DNA from: Terriglobia bacterium
GTDB lineage: Bacteria > Acidobacteriota > Terriglobia > Acidiferrales > UBA7541
DNA length: 64,000 nt
NCBI GenBank assembly: GCA_963695545.1
Contig: OY968796.1
Coordinates: 1,088,001-1,152,000 of the forward strand
Reading direction: 5' to 3'
Every line of letters starts with the position of its first letter. Position 1 is the first letter of the stretch. This document shows positions 30,016-38,758 of the stretch, in pieces. Both the position numbers and the translations under genes were made by a program. Below the pieces are notes generated by a model, which was not told where the DNA came from, did no database searches, and saw nothing but the letters and a program-made list of their open reading frames with translations.

Positions 30016-30431
30016 GGGGGCACCTCCAGAAGTTCGATTCTGAGCCGCGATACGCCGCGCCCGACCATTCCCAAATTACACGCCACTTGATACGAAACGT
30101 CAAGATCGCGCCCATCAACATACGGTCCGCGGTCGTTGATACGGACCAATTGGGACTTTCCAGTTCTCATATTCTTGAGCCGGACGATCGAGCCGAAGGG
30201 CAGATTGGGCTCCGCGGCTGTATTGGCGTTCATGTCGAAAGGCTCGCCGCTGGCGGTCGTTCGGCCCTGAAATTCCTGGCCGTACCAGCTGGCATTCGCC
30301 ATCCAAACACGGATGGGCTTGTTCGGCTGAGGGGCAAGGGCGACGACGGGTTCCTGCGCAAGAGGGATAGCCAGAAAGAGGAAGAGCGCCCAGAAAATCC
30401 CTCCCCGAACGATCTTCAGGAGGCGGCGCAT
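30003..30431 (-). CDS. rlpA: RlpA-like (DPBB) lytic transglycosylase family protein
   Basis: ASWYGQEFQGRTTASGEPFDMNANTAA...VRINDRGPYVDGRDLDVS. Confidence 0.9.
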   Translation of the reverse strand: MRRLLKIVRGGIFWALFLFLAIPLAQEPVVALAPQPNKPIRVWMANASWYGQEFQGRTTASGEPFDMNANTAAEPNLPFGSIVRLKNMRTGKSQLVRINDRGPYVDGRDLDVSYQVACNLGMVGRGVSRLRIELLEVPPRHE

Positions 30432-30488
30432 AGTGTCTCGCTTATGGTACACATCACGACTAATTATACCAGGGCGCGAAGCCTAAAT

Positions 30489-31424
30489 TCAATCAGAAAC
30501 GTCAGAGAGTGATCCTCGTATCTTGCTGATACTATGTATCTTGTTGGATTTACATAGCTTTCTTAGGCCCTCAATGATGCGCTCGCAGGCCTTGGGGTCC
30601 GCAAACGAGGCCGTGCCCACCTGTACCGCAGTGGCACCCACGAGCATATATTCCACTACATGCTCCGGCGATTCGATGCCGCCGAGGCCGATAACGGGAA
30701 CTCGAACCGCGTGGCAAACCTGATAGACCTGCCGGAGGGTGATGGGCTTGATTGCGGGTCCGGAAAGGCCGCCGCTGATCCGCCCGAGACGCGAGCGGCC
30801 CGTTTCGGAATCAACGGCCATCGCTGGGTAGGTGTTGGCGACCGTCAGGGCGTCGGCGCCGGACTCCTCGGCGGCCCGGGCGATAGACGCGATATCTGTA
30901 ACTAAAGGTGACAGCTTCACCCAGAGCGGGTGCCGCGCCACCGGGCGGGCGGCCGCGACGAGCTGGGCGACCAAGCGGGCATCGGCGCCGAATTCCATGC
31001 CGCCGCTTGAAACGTTGGGGCAGGAAACGTTCAGCTCATAGGCGGCAACGCCATCGGCCTCTTCGAGCACGCGGATCACGCCCAGGTACTCGTCGATGCT
31101 GCGTCCGAAAACGTTGGCGATGATCGGTGTGCGATAGGCTCGGAGCTGCGGCAGTTTTTCGGCGACGAACGCGCGCACGCCGATATTTTGCAGACCGATG
31201 GCATTCAGCATCCCCCCACGCACTTCGCAAACGCGCGGCGCGGGAGCGCCCGCCATCGGCTCGAGCGAGAGCCCTTTGACCACGATGCCGCCAAGCTTGT
31301 TGAGATCGACGAGGTGAGCGAATTCGACGCCGTAGCCAAATGTGCCGCTTGCGGCGATGACGGGATTCTCGAAGCGTAACGCGCCGATCGTTACGCTCAA
31401 ATCGACTGCGTTCGGCGGAGCCAC
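30489..31424 (-). CDS. pyrD: Dihydroorotate dehydrogenase, class 1
   Basis: NPVIAASGTFGYG, ELNVSCPN, GGLSGPAIKP and GATAVQVGTA; GTG 7 nt after TGnTACAAT. Confidence 0.95.
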   Translation of the reverse strand: MAPPNAVDLSVTIGALRFENPVIAASGTFGYGVEFAHLVDLNKLGGIVVKGLSLEPMAGAPAPRVCEVRGGMLNAIGLQNIGVRAFVAEKLPQLRAYRTPIIANVFGRSIDEYLGVIRVLEEADGVAAYELNVSCPNVSSGGMEFGADARLVAQLVAAARPVARHPLWVKLSPLVTDIASIARAAEESGADALTVANTYPAMAVDSETGRSRLGRISGGLSGPAIKPITLRQVYQVCHAVRVPVIGLGGIESPEHVVEYMLVGATAVQVGTASFADPKACERIIEGLRKLCKSNKIHSISKIRGSLSDVSD

Positions 31425-31520
31425 TGCGCGAATTGTAACATGACGCCACAAGTTGCCGGCGACGGCGCGCTCGCGGCGGCTCTGTCGGGGCGACGGACAG
31501 TGTGCTAGAATACGCAACCA

Positions 31521-32069
31521 ATGCGGGTCGTCGAGAAGACGCAGTTGATGTCTGCGACGGAGATTGACCGCACCCTCCAACGGGTAGCTCACGAAATTGT
31601 CGAGCGCAGCGGTGGCACTGCGCATTTGGCGCTGATTGGAGTGCGCCGGCGCGGCGTGCCGCTCGCGCAACGCATTGCGCGAGCGATGCGCGCGATTGAC
31701 GGCGTGGATGTGCCCGTCGGCACGCTGGACATCACTTTATATCGCGACGATCTCTCGATGGTCGCGGCGCAGCCCGTTTTGCAATCAAGCGAAATCCCGT
31801 TCTCCGTCGACGGCAAAGATTTGATTCTGGTGGACGACGTGCTGTACACCGGCCGCACGATCCGCGCCGCAATGAATGGCCTGTTTGATCTCGGGCGGCC
31901 GAGCCGCGTGCGCCTGTGCGTGCTGATCGATCGCGGCCACCGCGAGATGCCGATCGAAGCGGCGTTTATCGGGCGCACAGTACAAACCAGCGACATGGAA
32001 ATTATCGAAGTGCGCCTGAATGAAATCGACCAGGAAGAGCGCGTGATGCTGGTCGAGCGCGTTCCTTGA
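31521..32069 (+). CDS. pyrR: PyrR regulator / uracil phosphoribosyltransferase
   Basis: LDITLYRDDL, LVDDVLYTGRTIRAA and DRGHREMPI. Confidence 0.96.
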   Translation: MRVVEKTQLMSATEIDRTLQRVAHEIVERSGGTAHLALIGVRRRGVPLAQRIARAMRAIDGVDVPVGTLDITLYRDDLSMVAAQPVLQSSEIPFSVDGKDLILVDDVLYTGRTIRAAMNGLFDLGRPSRVRLCVLIDRGHREMPIEAAFIGRTVQTSDMEIIEVRLNEIDQEERVMLVERVP

Positions 32070-33082
32070 TTCACCCGGAGACATCTGCTGCCGCCGAAGC
32101 GCGGATCGCTCCCGAAGAGATCGTGCCTTTTCGGTTCAACGACTTCCTGGCCATCGAGCCGCTTCACGCGGACGAAATCACTTTTCTTCTGGACCAAGCC
32201 AAACCCTTCCAGGAAATTCAGCGCCATCCGTTGAAAAAATTGGCGACGCTGCGCGGAAAAACGGTGGGCATCGCGTTTTTCGAGGCGTCCACGCGCACGC
32301 GCATCAGTTTCTCAACAGCCGCGGCTCGGCTCGGCGCCGATACCATGCAGTTGCAGGCGGAATCGTCGAGCCTGCAAAAGGGCGAATCGCTGCTCGATAC
32401 CGTGCGCACGCTGGATGCGATGAAGCCGGATTGCATCGTGATGCGCCACCGCTCGTCGGGCGCGGCGGAATTCGTCGCGCGGCACCTTGAAATTCCCGTG
32501 CTCAACGCCGGCGACGGCACGCACGAACATCCCACGCAAGCGCTGCTCGACGCGCTGACGATTCGCGATCGGCTCGGACGCCTGGACGGATGGAACGTTT
32601 CGATCATCGGCGACATTTTGCACAGCCGCGTGGCGCGCTCGAACATTCATCTGCTTTCAAAATTCGGTTGCCGCATCACGCTCTGCGGGCCGCCGATGTG
32701 GGTGCCTCCGGAAATGGAACGCATCACCGGCGGCGAGCCGGTGCGGCGCGTGGCGCGCGTGGAAGAAGCGCTCGACGGCGCGGACATCGTCCACGTGCTG
32801 CGCGTGCAGCAGGAGCGGCTGCACGAACCGAAGCTGCCGCTCGACGAATACGTGATGCTCTATCAACTCACGCCCGATCGCCTGCGTCTGGCGCGGCCCG
32901 GCGCGCTCGTGCTGCATCCGGGGCCGATGATTCGCGGCCTTGAAATCGATCCGGCCGTGGCCGATGGGCCGCAATCGTGCGTGCTCGAACAAGTGACCAA
33001 CGGTCTGGCCGTGCGCATGGCGCTGCTGTTCCTGCTGATCGGCCACGGCGGCGAAGAATCTCCCGCGAAGGACTCGATCTAA
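32066..33082 (+). CDS. pyrB: Aspartate carbamoyltransferase catalytic subunit
   Basis: FFEASTRTRISF, NAGDGTHEHPTQALLD, GDILHSRVARSN and HPGPMIRG. Confidence 0.96.
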   Translation: MIHPETSAAAEARIAPEEIVPFRFNDFLAIEPLHADEITFLLDQAKPFQEIQRHPLKKLATLRGKTVGIAFFEASTRTRISFSTAAARLGADTMQLQAESSSLQKGESLLDTVRTLDAMKPDCIVMRHRSSGAAEFVARHLEIPVLNAGDGTHEHPTQALLDALTIRDRLGRLDGWNVSIIGDILHSRVARSNIHLLSKFGCRITLCGPPMWVPPEMERITGGEPVRRVARVEEALDGADIVHVLRVQQERLHEPKLPLDEYVMLYQLTPDRLRLARPGALVLHPGPMIRGLEIDPAVADGPQSCVLEQVTNGLAVRMALLFLLIGHGGEESPAKDSI

Positions 33083-34355
33083 ATGTTGCTGATCAAGGCC
33101 GGGCACCTGCTCGATCCGGCCAGCAGGACCGATGCCCCCCGCGACATCCTCCTCGATGGCGACCGCATCGTCGCTGTCGAAGCGCCCGGAACGATTGGCG
33201 CGCGCAACGGTGACGTGCAACTGCTTGACGTTGCCGGCCTGATCGTGGCGCCGGGATTTATCGACCTGCACTGCCATCTGCGCGAGCCCGGCGGCGAAAG
33301 TTCCGAGACCATCGAAACTGGTACGCGCGCCGCGGCGCGCGGCGGCTTTACGGCCGTCTGCCCGATGCCCAACACGCGGCCGGTAACGACAACGCATCGG
33401 TGACGCGCTCGATTCTCGAACGCGCACAATCCGCGCACACGCGCGTGTGGCCGATCGGCGCGGCGTCGGCGGGCAGCCAAGGCGAGGCGCTTGCGGAAAT
33501 CGCGGCGATGCAAAAAGCGGGCGTAGTCGCCGTGTCCGACGACGGGCATCCGATCGCGACGGCGAAACTTTTGCGGCAGGTGATGGATTATTGCCGCTCG
33601 CTCGGCATGCCCGTGATCGATCACTGCGAGGACAGTCCGCTTGCTGCGGGCGCCGTCCATGCGCGAAGGGCCGGCGTCGATCCGCACTGGCGTGCGCGGC
33701 ATGCCTGCGGCCGCGGAATCCATCGGCGTGGGGCGCGACATCCAGATCGCCGAACTCACCGGTTGCCGCTTTCACATGGCGCATCTTTCGGCGCGCGCGT
33801 CGCTCGAGATGGTGCGCATCGCAAAGCACAAGCGCTTGGCGGTGTCCTGCGAAGTCACGCCGCATCATTTCACGATGATCGACGAAGAGGTCGGCTACGA
33901 TACGCAATCGCAAAATGAATCCGCCGCTCGGATCGCGCGAGGATCGCGACGCGCTGATCGAAGGATTGGCCGACGGAACCGTGGACGCCATCGCCACCGA
34001 CCACGCCCCGCACGAGCCGGCCACGAAAGAAGTGGAATTCGACCGCGCGCCATTCGGCATCACGGGGTTTGAAACCGCGCTGGGTCTCGCGCTCGAGCTC
34101 GTGCACGCAAAGAAACTCGGTCTTGGGCGCATGGTCGAGCTCTTCACCGTGGGCCCCGCGCATGTTCTGGGAATGCGTCGCCAAGTCTCCGCCGGCGAGC
34201 CAGCCGATCTGACGGTTTTTTCGACCGAGCATCGCTGGACGTTTCGCGCCGCCGAATCCGCCAGCAAATCGCGCAACACTCCCTTCGATGGCCGCGAATT
34301 CCGCGGCGGCCCCATGGCCACGATCGTCGCCGGGCGCGTCGTATATCGGCGATAA
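33083..34355 (+). pseudogene. pyrC: Dihydroorotase split by three single-base indels (pseudogene or assembly error)
   Basis: PGFIDLHCHLREPG, DHCED, CEVTPHHF and KMNPPL...IATDHAPH lie in four successive reading segments; shifts near 33385, 33658 and 33905. Confidence 0.88.
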
Positions 34356-34429
34356 TTCTGCAGCGCCCCAGCCGCATGACTCTTTTTGACGACGGCTAAA
34401 CTCTGTCTTATCAATGCGACGATTTGGGG

Positions 34430-34757
34430 GGTACACACCCCCGGGTATGTTTTGCGTAAGAGTGGCAAACACAGGGCTTGCAGCAAAAGAGTGACAAAGA
34501 GTGCGCAATTGATTGAGCGGGATAGACTTGCGCGCGTTTATTTTCAATGAGTTGCGCACTCTTTTGAAAGAATGTGTATGGGTCTGAAAATTAAGGGGTT
34601 CTTGGGGCGTGACAAAATGGACGCGGACGGATGATGAGGATGGGGTGCACGCAGGGGGAAAAGTCGGGGCAGTGGACGATTCGAATTGATCTCGGGCGAA
34701 CATTCAGAAGCGTCGCATATATTCAAACACATGTCAAGTATTAATTGAGTATTCGAA
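34430..34757 (-). repeat. Dispersed promoter-bearing element, copy B
   Basis: TTCGAATA (34757-34750), TTGACA (34737-34732), 17 nt ending TGC, GACGCT, 5 nt, ATG 34703; 13-bp inverted repeat at 34496-34508 / 34552-34564; ends ACCCGGGGG. Confidence 0.7.
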
Positions 34758-34815
34758 ATAATATCCGCAGGGCAAGCGCAACGTCGCGGAATGGACGATC
34801 GCGCTTCTTATGAGG

Positions 34816-34849
34816 CGGGGTTTTAAGAACCGAAGATTCCTTAAACCCC
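34816..34849 (-). terminator. Imperfect hairpin right after the Nmad2-like stop codon
   Basis: GGGGTTTTAAGAAC...TTCCTTAAACCCC imperfect inverted repeat. Confidence 0.4.
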
Positions 34850-35524
34850 TATTCACAAGAGCACTTGCGTTGGCAGCATGTTGTTCTTGACGGTGAAGAA
34901 AGCAATCGCTTGGTCGGCTCGGAAACCCATTCAATTACTCTGCGGGCTGCAATTCCGGTTAGCAGCGCATGTTTTCCTCTCGGATTCTCGGTCAGGGGAT
35001 TTTGAACGGTCGCGTGGCCCCTCCAAGTGACTCCTTCTCGAAGGAGTTCGACTAGCTCCTCGGTTACGACTGGTCCGCCTTTCCCGGCAACCCAGGAGCG
35101 GCTTTCTCCTGTAAAAAAGGCATCTCTTCTCCCCTTAATATCCGTTCGCCAATCCGTCGAATGCGCAGCGCGACGAATATGCTCGTATGTTTCGGGGGCA
35201 CCGTCTACATGACCAACCCCTCTTTTGGGACGAACGTGAATTGCGTTTCGCCGAGCAAGTCTAAAAAGTCTGTCGGTCTCCCCGCTGATATGCGCTTGCG
35301 AAAGTCATTTTCTTGTCAACCCGCATCCAAAGCAGGACTCGACGTTGCCTGCCCACCCCGGCAGGAGAGATGCCCATGATGTAGTCTCCTTCCTCCACTT
35401 CCGGACGCATGTTTTTCTTACACGGTCCAAAAAAGACTTTGCCTTCCTTCACCCACGGTACCGAACCTATCAGGCGGTAGTCCGGGCCAACTGTGGAGAT
35501 GATGTATGCAAAGACGCGAAGCAT
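34849..35524 (-). pseudogene. Nmad2-like (nucleotide modification associated domain 2) protein with one frameshift
   Basis: GPCKKNMRPEVEEGDYIMGIS...LLWMRVDKKMTF resembles the Nmad2 CKPxIR..GDWxxG pattern; adding one G at ~35281 joins a further ~140-codon open frame ending CCQRKCSCE at 34849. Confidence 0.6.
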
Positions 35525-35528
35525 TTTC

Positions 35529-36515
35529 TTACCCCGCTTGGTCCGAGCGCTTGTTTGAGAGTTCCTCTGCCTCGGAAATGGTTTTGGCAACGAACAACGT
35601 ATCCAACATGCACCACGAGCGCCGATTTCTCTGTATTCTCGGCCCCGTTCTTATTGTCCTGGCCGGTGAAAACGCGGGGCCCAGCTTGTAAAGGAAATGA
35701 GGCCCCCATTCGGCGTTGTTCGGAATCTCGGCGAACTTGTCGTGCGGGTTGAGGAAAATGTCATAGCCTTCAATGTGATGAATGGACTGAAGCTTTCCGT
35801 GATACCGGAAAGCCACGTAGTTCGGAGGTTCTTTAGGCCAAGTTTTCCCTACCGGGTGAAAGTAGCGTCGTCTTTTCTTAACGATGTCGATCAAAGATAT
35901 TTTCCAGCCTTCAGGCGTGCCGCTGCCGAGCGAAACTACATACACCCAATTGGAATCAATGTTTTGCATAGTCATCAACCCCCGCAAATACGTGAGCAGT
36001 TCCCGCAAAATGCGCCTTTCCGCATGCGAGCAATCGGACTGCGCCTCGACTGCGAGCCGAGCCATCTGTTTCCAAGAAATTGGGTGAATCTCTACACCCG
36101 ATGTCTTTCGAGTTTCAAGATTGAGGAGGGCGAATTCACGACTGCATTCGCTCATCACCAGAATCCGCCTCGGCAACCCCTTGCTCGCACGGAAGGAGGG
36201 CCGCTGTGCATACGTCTTCAATTGTTTCTGGCTCGGCAAAGTCCAGCCCCGCTTCGCCTCGACGATTAGAAAAAACTTGCCCGGTGACTCAATCTCGATG
36301 TCTGTGATGCCCGCCTGCTTCTCATGCTGTTGAAGACGGATAACCACGTTGCTCAAATCGGGCGCTATTCCCAAGGCATAGTGAACGAAATTGCCCAGAA
36401 GGTGTGGTGACTGCGAGAGTGCCCAGGCTACGCTGTACGTGATGGCATTTTCGTGTTCGCCAAGGAGGCTGAAAACGCTCTTGACTGTTCTCTTGTGTAG
36501 AAGGAGTTCCGTCAT
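35529..36515 (-). CDS. PD-(D/E)XK superfamily nuclease with extra C-terminal domain
   Basis: HENAITYSVAW, ITDIEI...LIVEAKRG...QLKTY and ISWKQM restriction-like motifs; SD GAGG. Confidence 0.75.
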   Translation of the reverse strand: MTELLLHKRTVKSVFSLLGEHENAITYSVAWALSQSPHLLGNFVHYALGIAPDLSNVVIRLQQHEKQAGITDIEIESPGKFFLIVEAKRGWTLPSQKQLKTYAQRPSFRASKGLPRRILVMSECSREFALLNLETRKTSGVEIHPISWKQMARLAVEAQSDCSHAERRILRELLTYLRGLMTMQNIDSNWVYVVSLGSGTPEGWKISLIDIVKKRRRYFHPVGKTWPKEPPNYVAFRYHGKLQSIHHIEGYDIFLNPHDKFAEIPNNAEWGPHFLYKLGPAFSPARTIRTGPRIQRNRRSWCMLDTLFVAKTISEAEELSNKRSDQAG

Positions 36516-36702
36516 CGCGCCTCACCTAAGGACGCATAATACGCTCGCAGATGATTCTTACCACCGCCGCCCGATAAAAACTTACGTAGTCCGAGCGCTT
36601 GCGGTACACTCTCGCTCTGGACTGTTGCGGAATTTTTCTCGCTCGCGTTGCTACGAAGCCTCGGGTTATTCCTGCGAAACAGCCCAGTAAGGCGGGGCTG
36701 CG

Positions 36703-38757
36703 ATGAAATCCACTGGGCCAATCGGAAACTTCGCGCGACTCTGTATTGCGGCTGCGATTCTGGCGATGGCGCCGGGCGTCGCGCACGCTCAGGCGCAGAA
36801 AACAAAACAGCCGGTTGCGACGAAGCCCGCTGCTAGCACTACGCCTCCGAGGCCCGCCACGACTTCAAGACGCACTACAACTTCAAAAACCACCACGACT
36901 ACCACGACGAAAGCGCCTTCCACCTGGAAGTCCGTCTTTCACAAGCCGGCATCCACGACAAAAACTGCCGGCACTTCAAAAACTGTTTCTAAATCGAAAT
37001 CGGGTTCCGCGTCGACGCCCGGTGCTCGTGCGAAAACCGTCTCCAACTCGAAAGCTTCCCCGCCGCCAAAAACGACCGCCACTTCAAAAAGCGTATCCAC
37101 TTCCAAGCCTGCCGCCACTTCGCATGCGGGCGCGGAGCCTCACGGCGCGACGAGCGACGGCGGCCTGAGCGCCACAAAATCCGGCGGGCGCGACGCGGGT
37201 GCGGGCAAGGGCGCCGGTCTGACCGATGCGGGGCGCGGCACCATGACTCCAGCGAGCCGCGGCGCGACGACGGCCGAGAGAAAAACTCCGGATAAAGCCG
37301 AGCCCGACGTGAAGGCGCCGGAGAGCCACGCGCCTGAGACTCACGCAGCGGAGAATCACGCAGAAGGCGCGCGAACCGTGACGCGCCCCAATGGCGACCG
37401 CGCTGAATACAACAGCGCGGGCAAGCCAACAAGATTGACGACAAAAGACGGAGATGAAGCGCGGTTCGATTCACGAGGCCAGATTCGCGCGATTCACACA
37501 CAAGATTCGACAATTCGCCTCGGCCCTCGCGGCGGTCGCACCGTGGTGACCGAGCGCCCCGATCACACGCGCTTGGTGAGCATGGGGCCGCACTACGGTT
37601 ACGTGGATCATCCCGTTGTGCGCAATGGACGACCTTATCTCGAGAGAACCTACGTCGCCGGGGGTCGCGTTTACGCGCGAGCGTATCCCGGCTACTACTA
37701 CCGCGGGGCGCTCTATTATCATTACGTGCCGGCATACACCTACGCTCCGGCGTTCTACGTATGGGCGGTTCGTCCATGGCATGCGCGCGCCAAGTGCAAC
37801 TGGAATTGGGGGCCATGGTATAGCGATTACGCGTCGTACTTCACACCCTATCCCGATTACGACGACGCCTCGCTGTGGCTCACGGATTACGTGATCGCCC
37901 AGCAGCTCCAGGGCGCATACGAATCCCGGCAGCAAGCGCCGCCGGTTTCGCAACCAATCGCGTCCGTTTCCGGCAGCGACGCGAACGCCGGAAGCACGGG
38001 CGCGCCCGCGGGGAGCGCCCCACTCAGTCCCGAGGTCAAGCAAGCGATCGCCGCCGAAGTCACGGCACAGCTCGCCGCCGAAAAAAACTCCGCGATGAAT
38101 ACTCAGGCGGCGTCAGGCACGTCCGCGCCGAGCGGCGACGTGCTGCCGGACGCGCTCAATCCTTCGGAGCGCACCTTCATCGCGGACATCTCGCTCGACG
38201 AGGATACGGTGGACGGCGGAACCTGTTCGGTGGGCGCCGGCGATGTGCTCACGCGCGTCGACACTTCGCCAAACGCGGGTCAAAAGGTTGACGTCATCGT
38301 CCGCAGCAGCCAAAAGGGCGATTGCGCCGCGGGCATACACGTTGCGGTCTCCGTTTCGGACTTGCAGGACATGGCGAACCACTTCCACGAAAAAGTGGAC
38401 GATGGCGTCGATAATCTCGCGAAGAACCAAGCACAGAGCGGAATGCCTCCCGCCCCTCCCTCCGATCCCGTGCAGGTGGCGGACGCGCAGGCCAAACCGG
38501 ATCTCGATGCGCAACGCCTCTTGCATCAGCAACAGCAGTCCGCGGACCAGACCGAGAAGAACGTTCAGCAGTCCGTGAATCACCTGGGCGCAATTTCTTC
38601 GCGGTTCGTTGATCGAGGGACGAGCGCGGCGCTCGCGATCGAGGGCGGCGGCCTCGGCGGGACGCGATTCGCAGATTCCGCGAACGAAGACGCCGCAATT
38701 CTTCCGTCGAATTCCGAAACGCAGGTTCGCACACGCCACAAATCCTCGACGCCGTAA
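36703..38757 (+). CDS. Large secreted low-complexity hypothetical protein
   Basis: Signal peptide; S/T/K-rich N-terminus; Tyr/Trp-rich middle; Gln-rich C-terminal region with two Cys. Confidence 0.8.
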   Translation: MKSTGPIGNFARLCIAAAILAMAPGVAHAQAQKTKQPVATKPAASTTPPRPATTSRRTTTSKTTTTTTTKAPSTWKSVFHKPASTTKTAGTSKTVSKSKSGSASTPGARAKTVSNSKASPPPKTTATSKSVSTSKPAATSHAGAEPHGATSDGGLSATKSGGRDAGAGKGAGLTDAGRGTMTPASRGATTAERKTPDKAEPDVKAPESHAPETHAAENHAEGARTVTRPNGDRAEYNSAGKPTRLTTKDGDEARFDSRGQIRAIHTQDSTIRLGPRGGRTVVTERPDHTRLVSMGPHYGYVDHPVVRNGRPYLERTYVAGGRVYARAYPGYYYRGALYYHYVPAYTYAPAFYVWAVRPWHARAKCNWNWGPWYSDYASYFTPYPDYDDASLWLTDYVIAQQLQGAYESRQQAPPVSQPIASVSGSDANAGSTGAPAGSAPLSPEVKQAIAAEVTAQLAAEKNSAMNTQAASGTSAPSGDVLPDALNPSERTFIADISLDEDTVDGGTCSVGAGDVLTRVDTSPNAGQKVDVIVRSSQKGDCAAGIHVAVSVSDLQDMANHFHEKVDDGVDNLAKNQAQSGMPPAPPSDPVQVADAQAKPDLDAQRLLHQQQQSADQTEKNVQQSVNHLGAISSRFVDRGTSAALAIEGGGLGGTRFADSANEDAAILPSNSETQVRTRHKSSTP

Positions 38758-38758
38758 T

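Noticed and set aside
31425..31520. PyrR attenuator leader
   Set aside because: The gap is filled by two divergent promoters close to the start codons; no attenuator hairpins were seen.
33870..34703. ORFs starting at the elements' RTG (also 8381-8677 and 55262-55675) as protein genes
   Set aside because: Lengths are inconsistent and the shared DNA core is read in different frames; incidental translation is not excluded.
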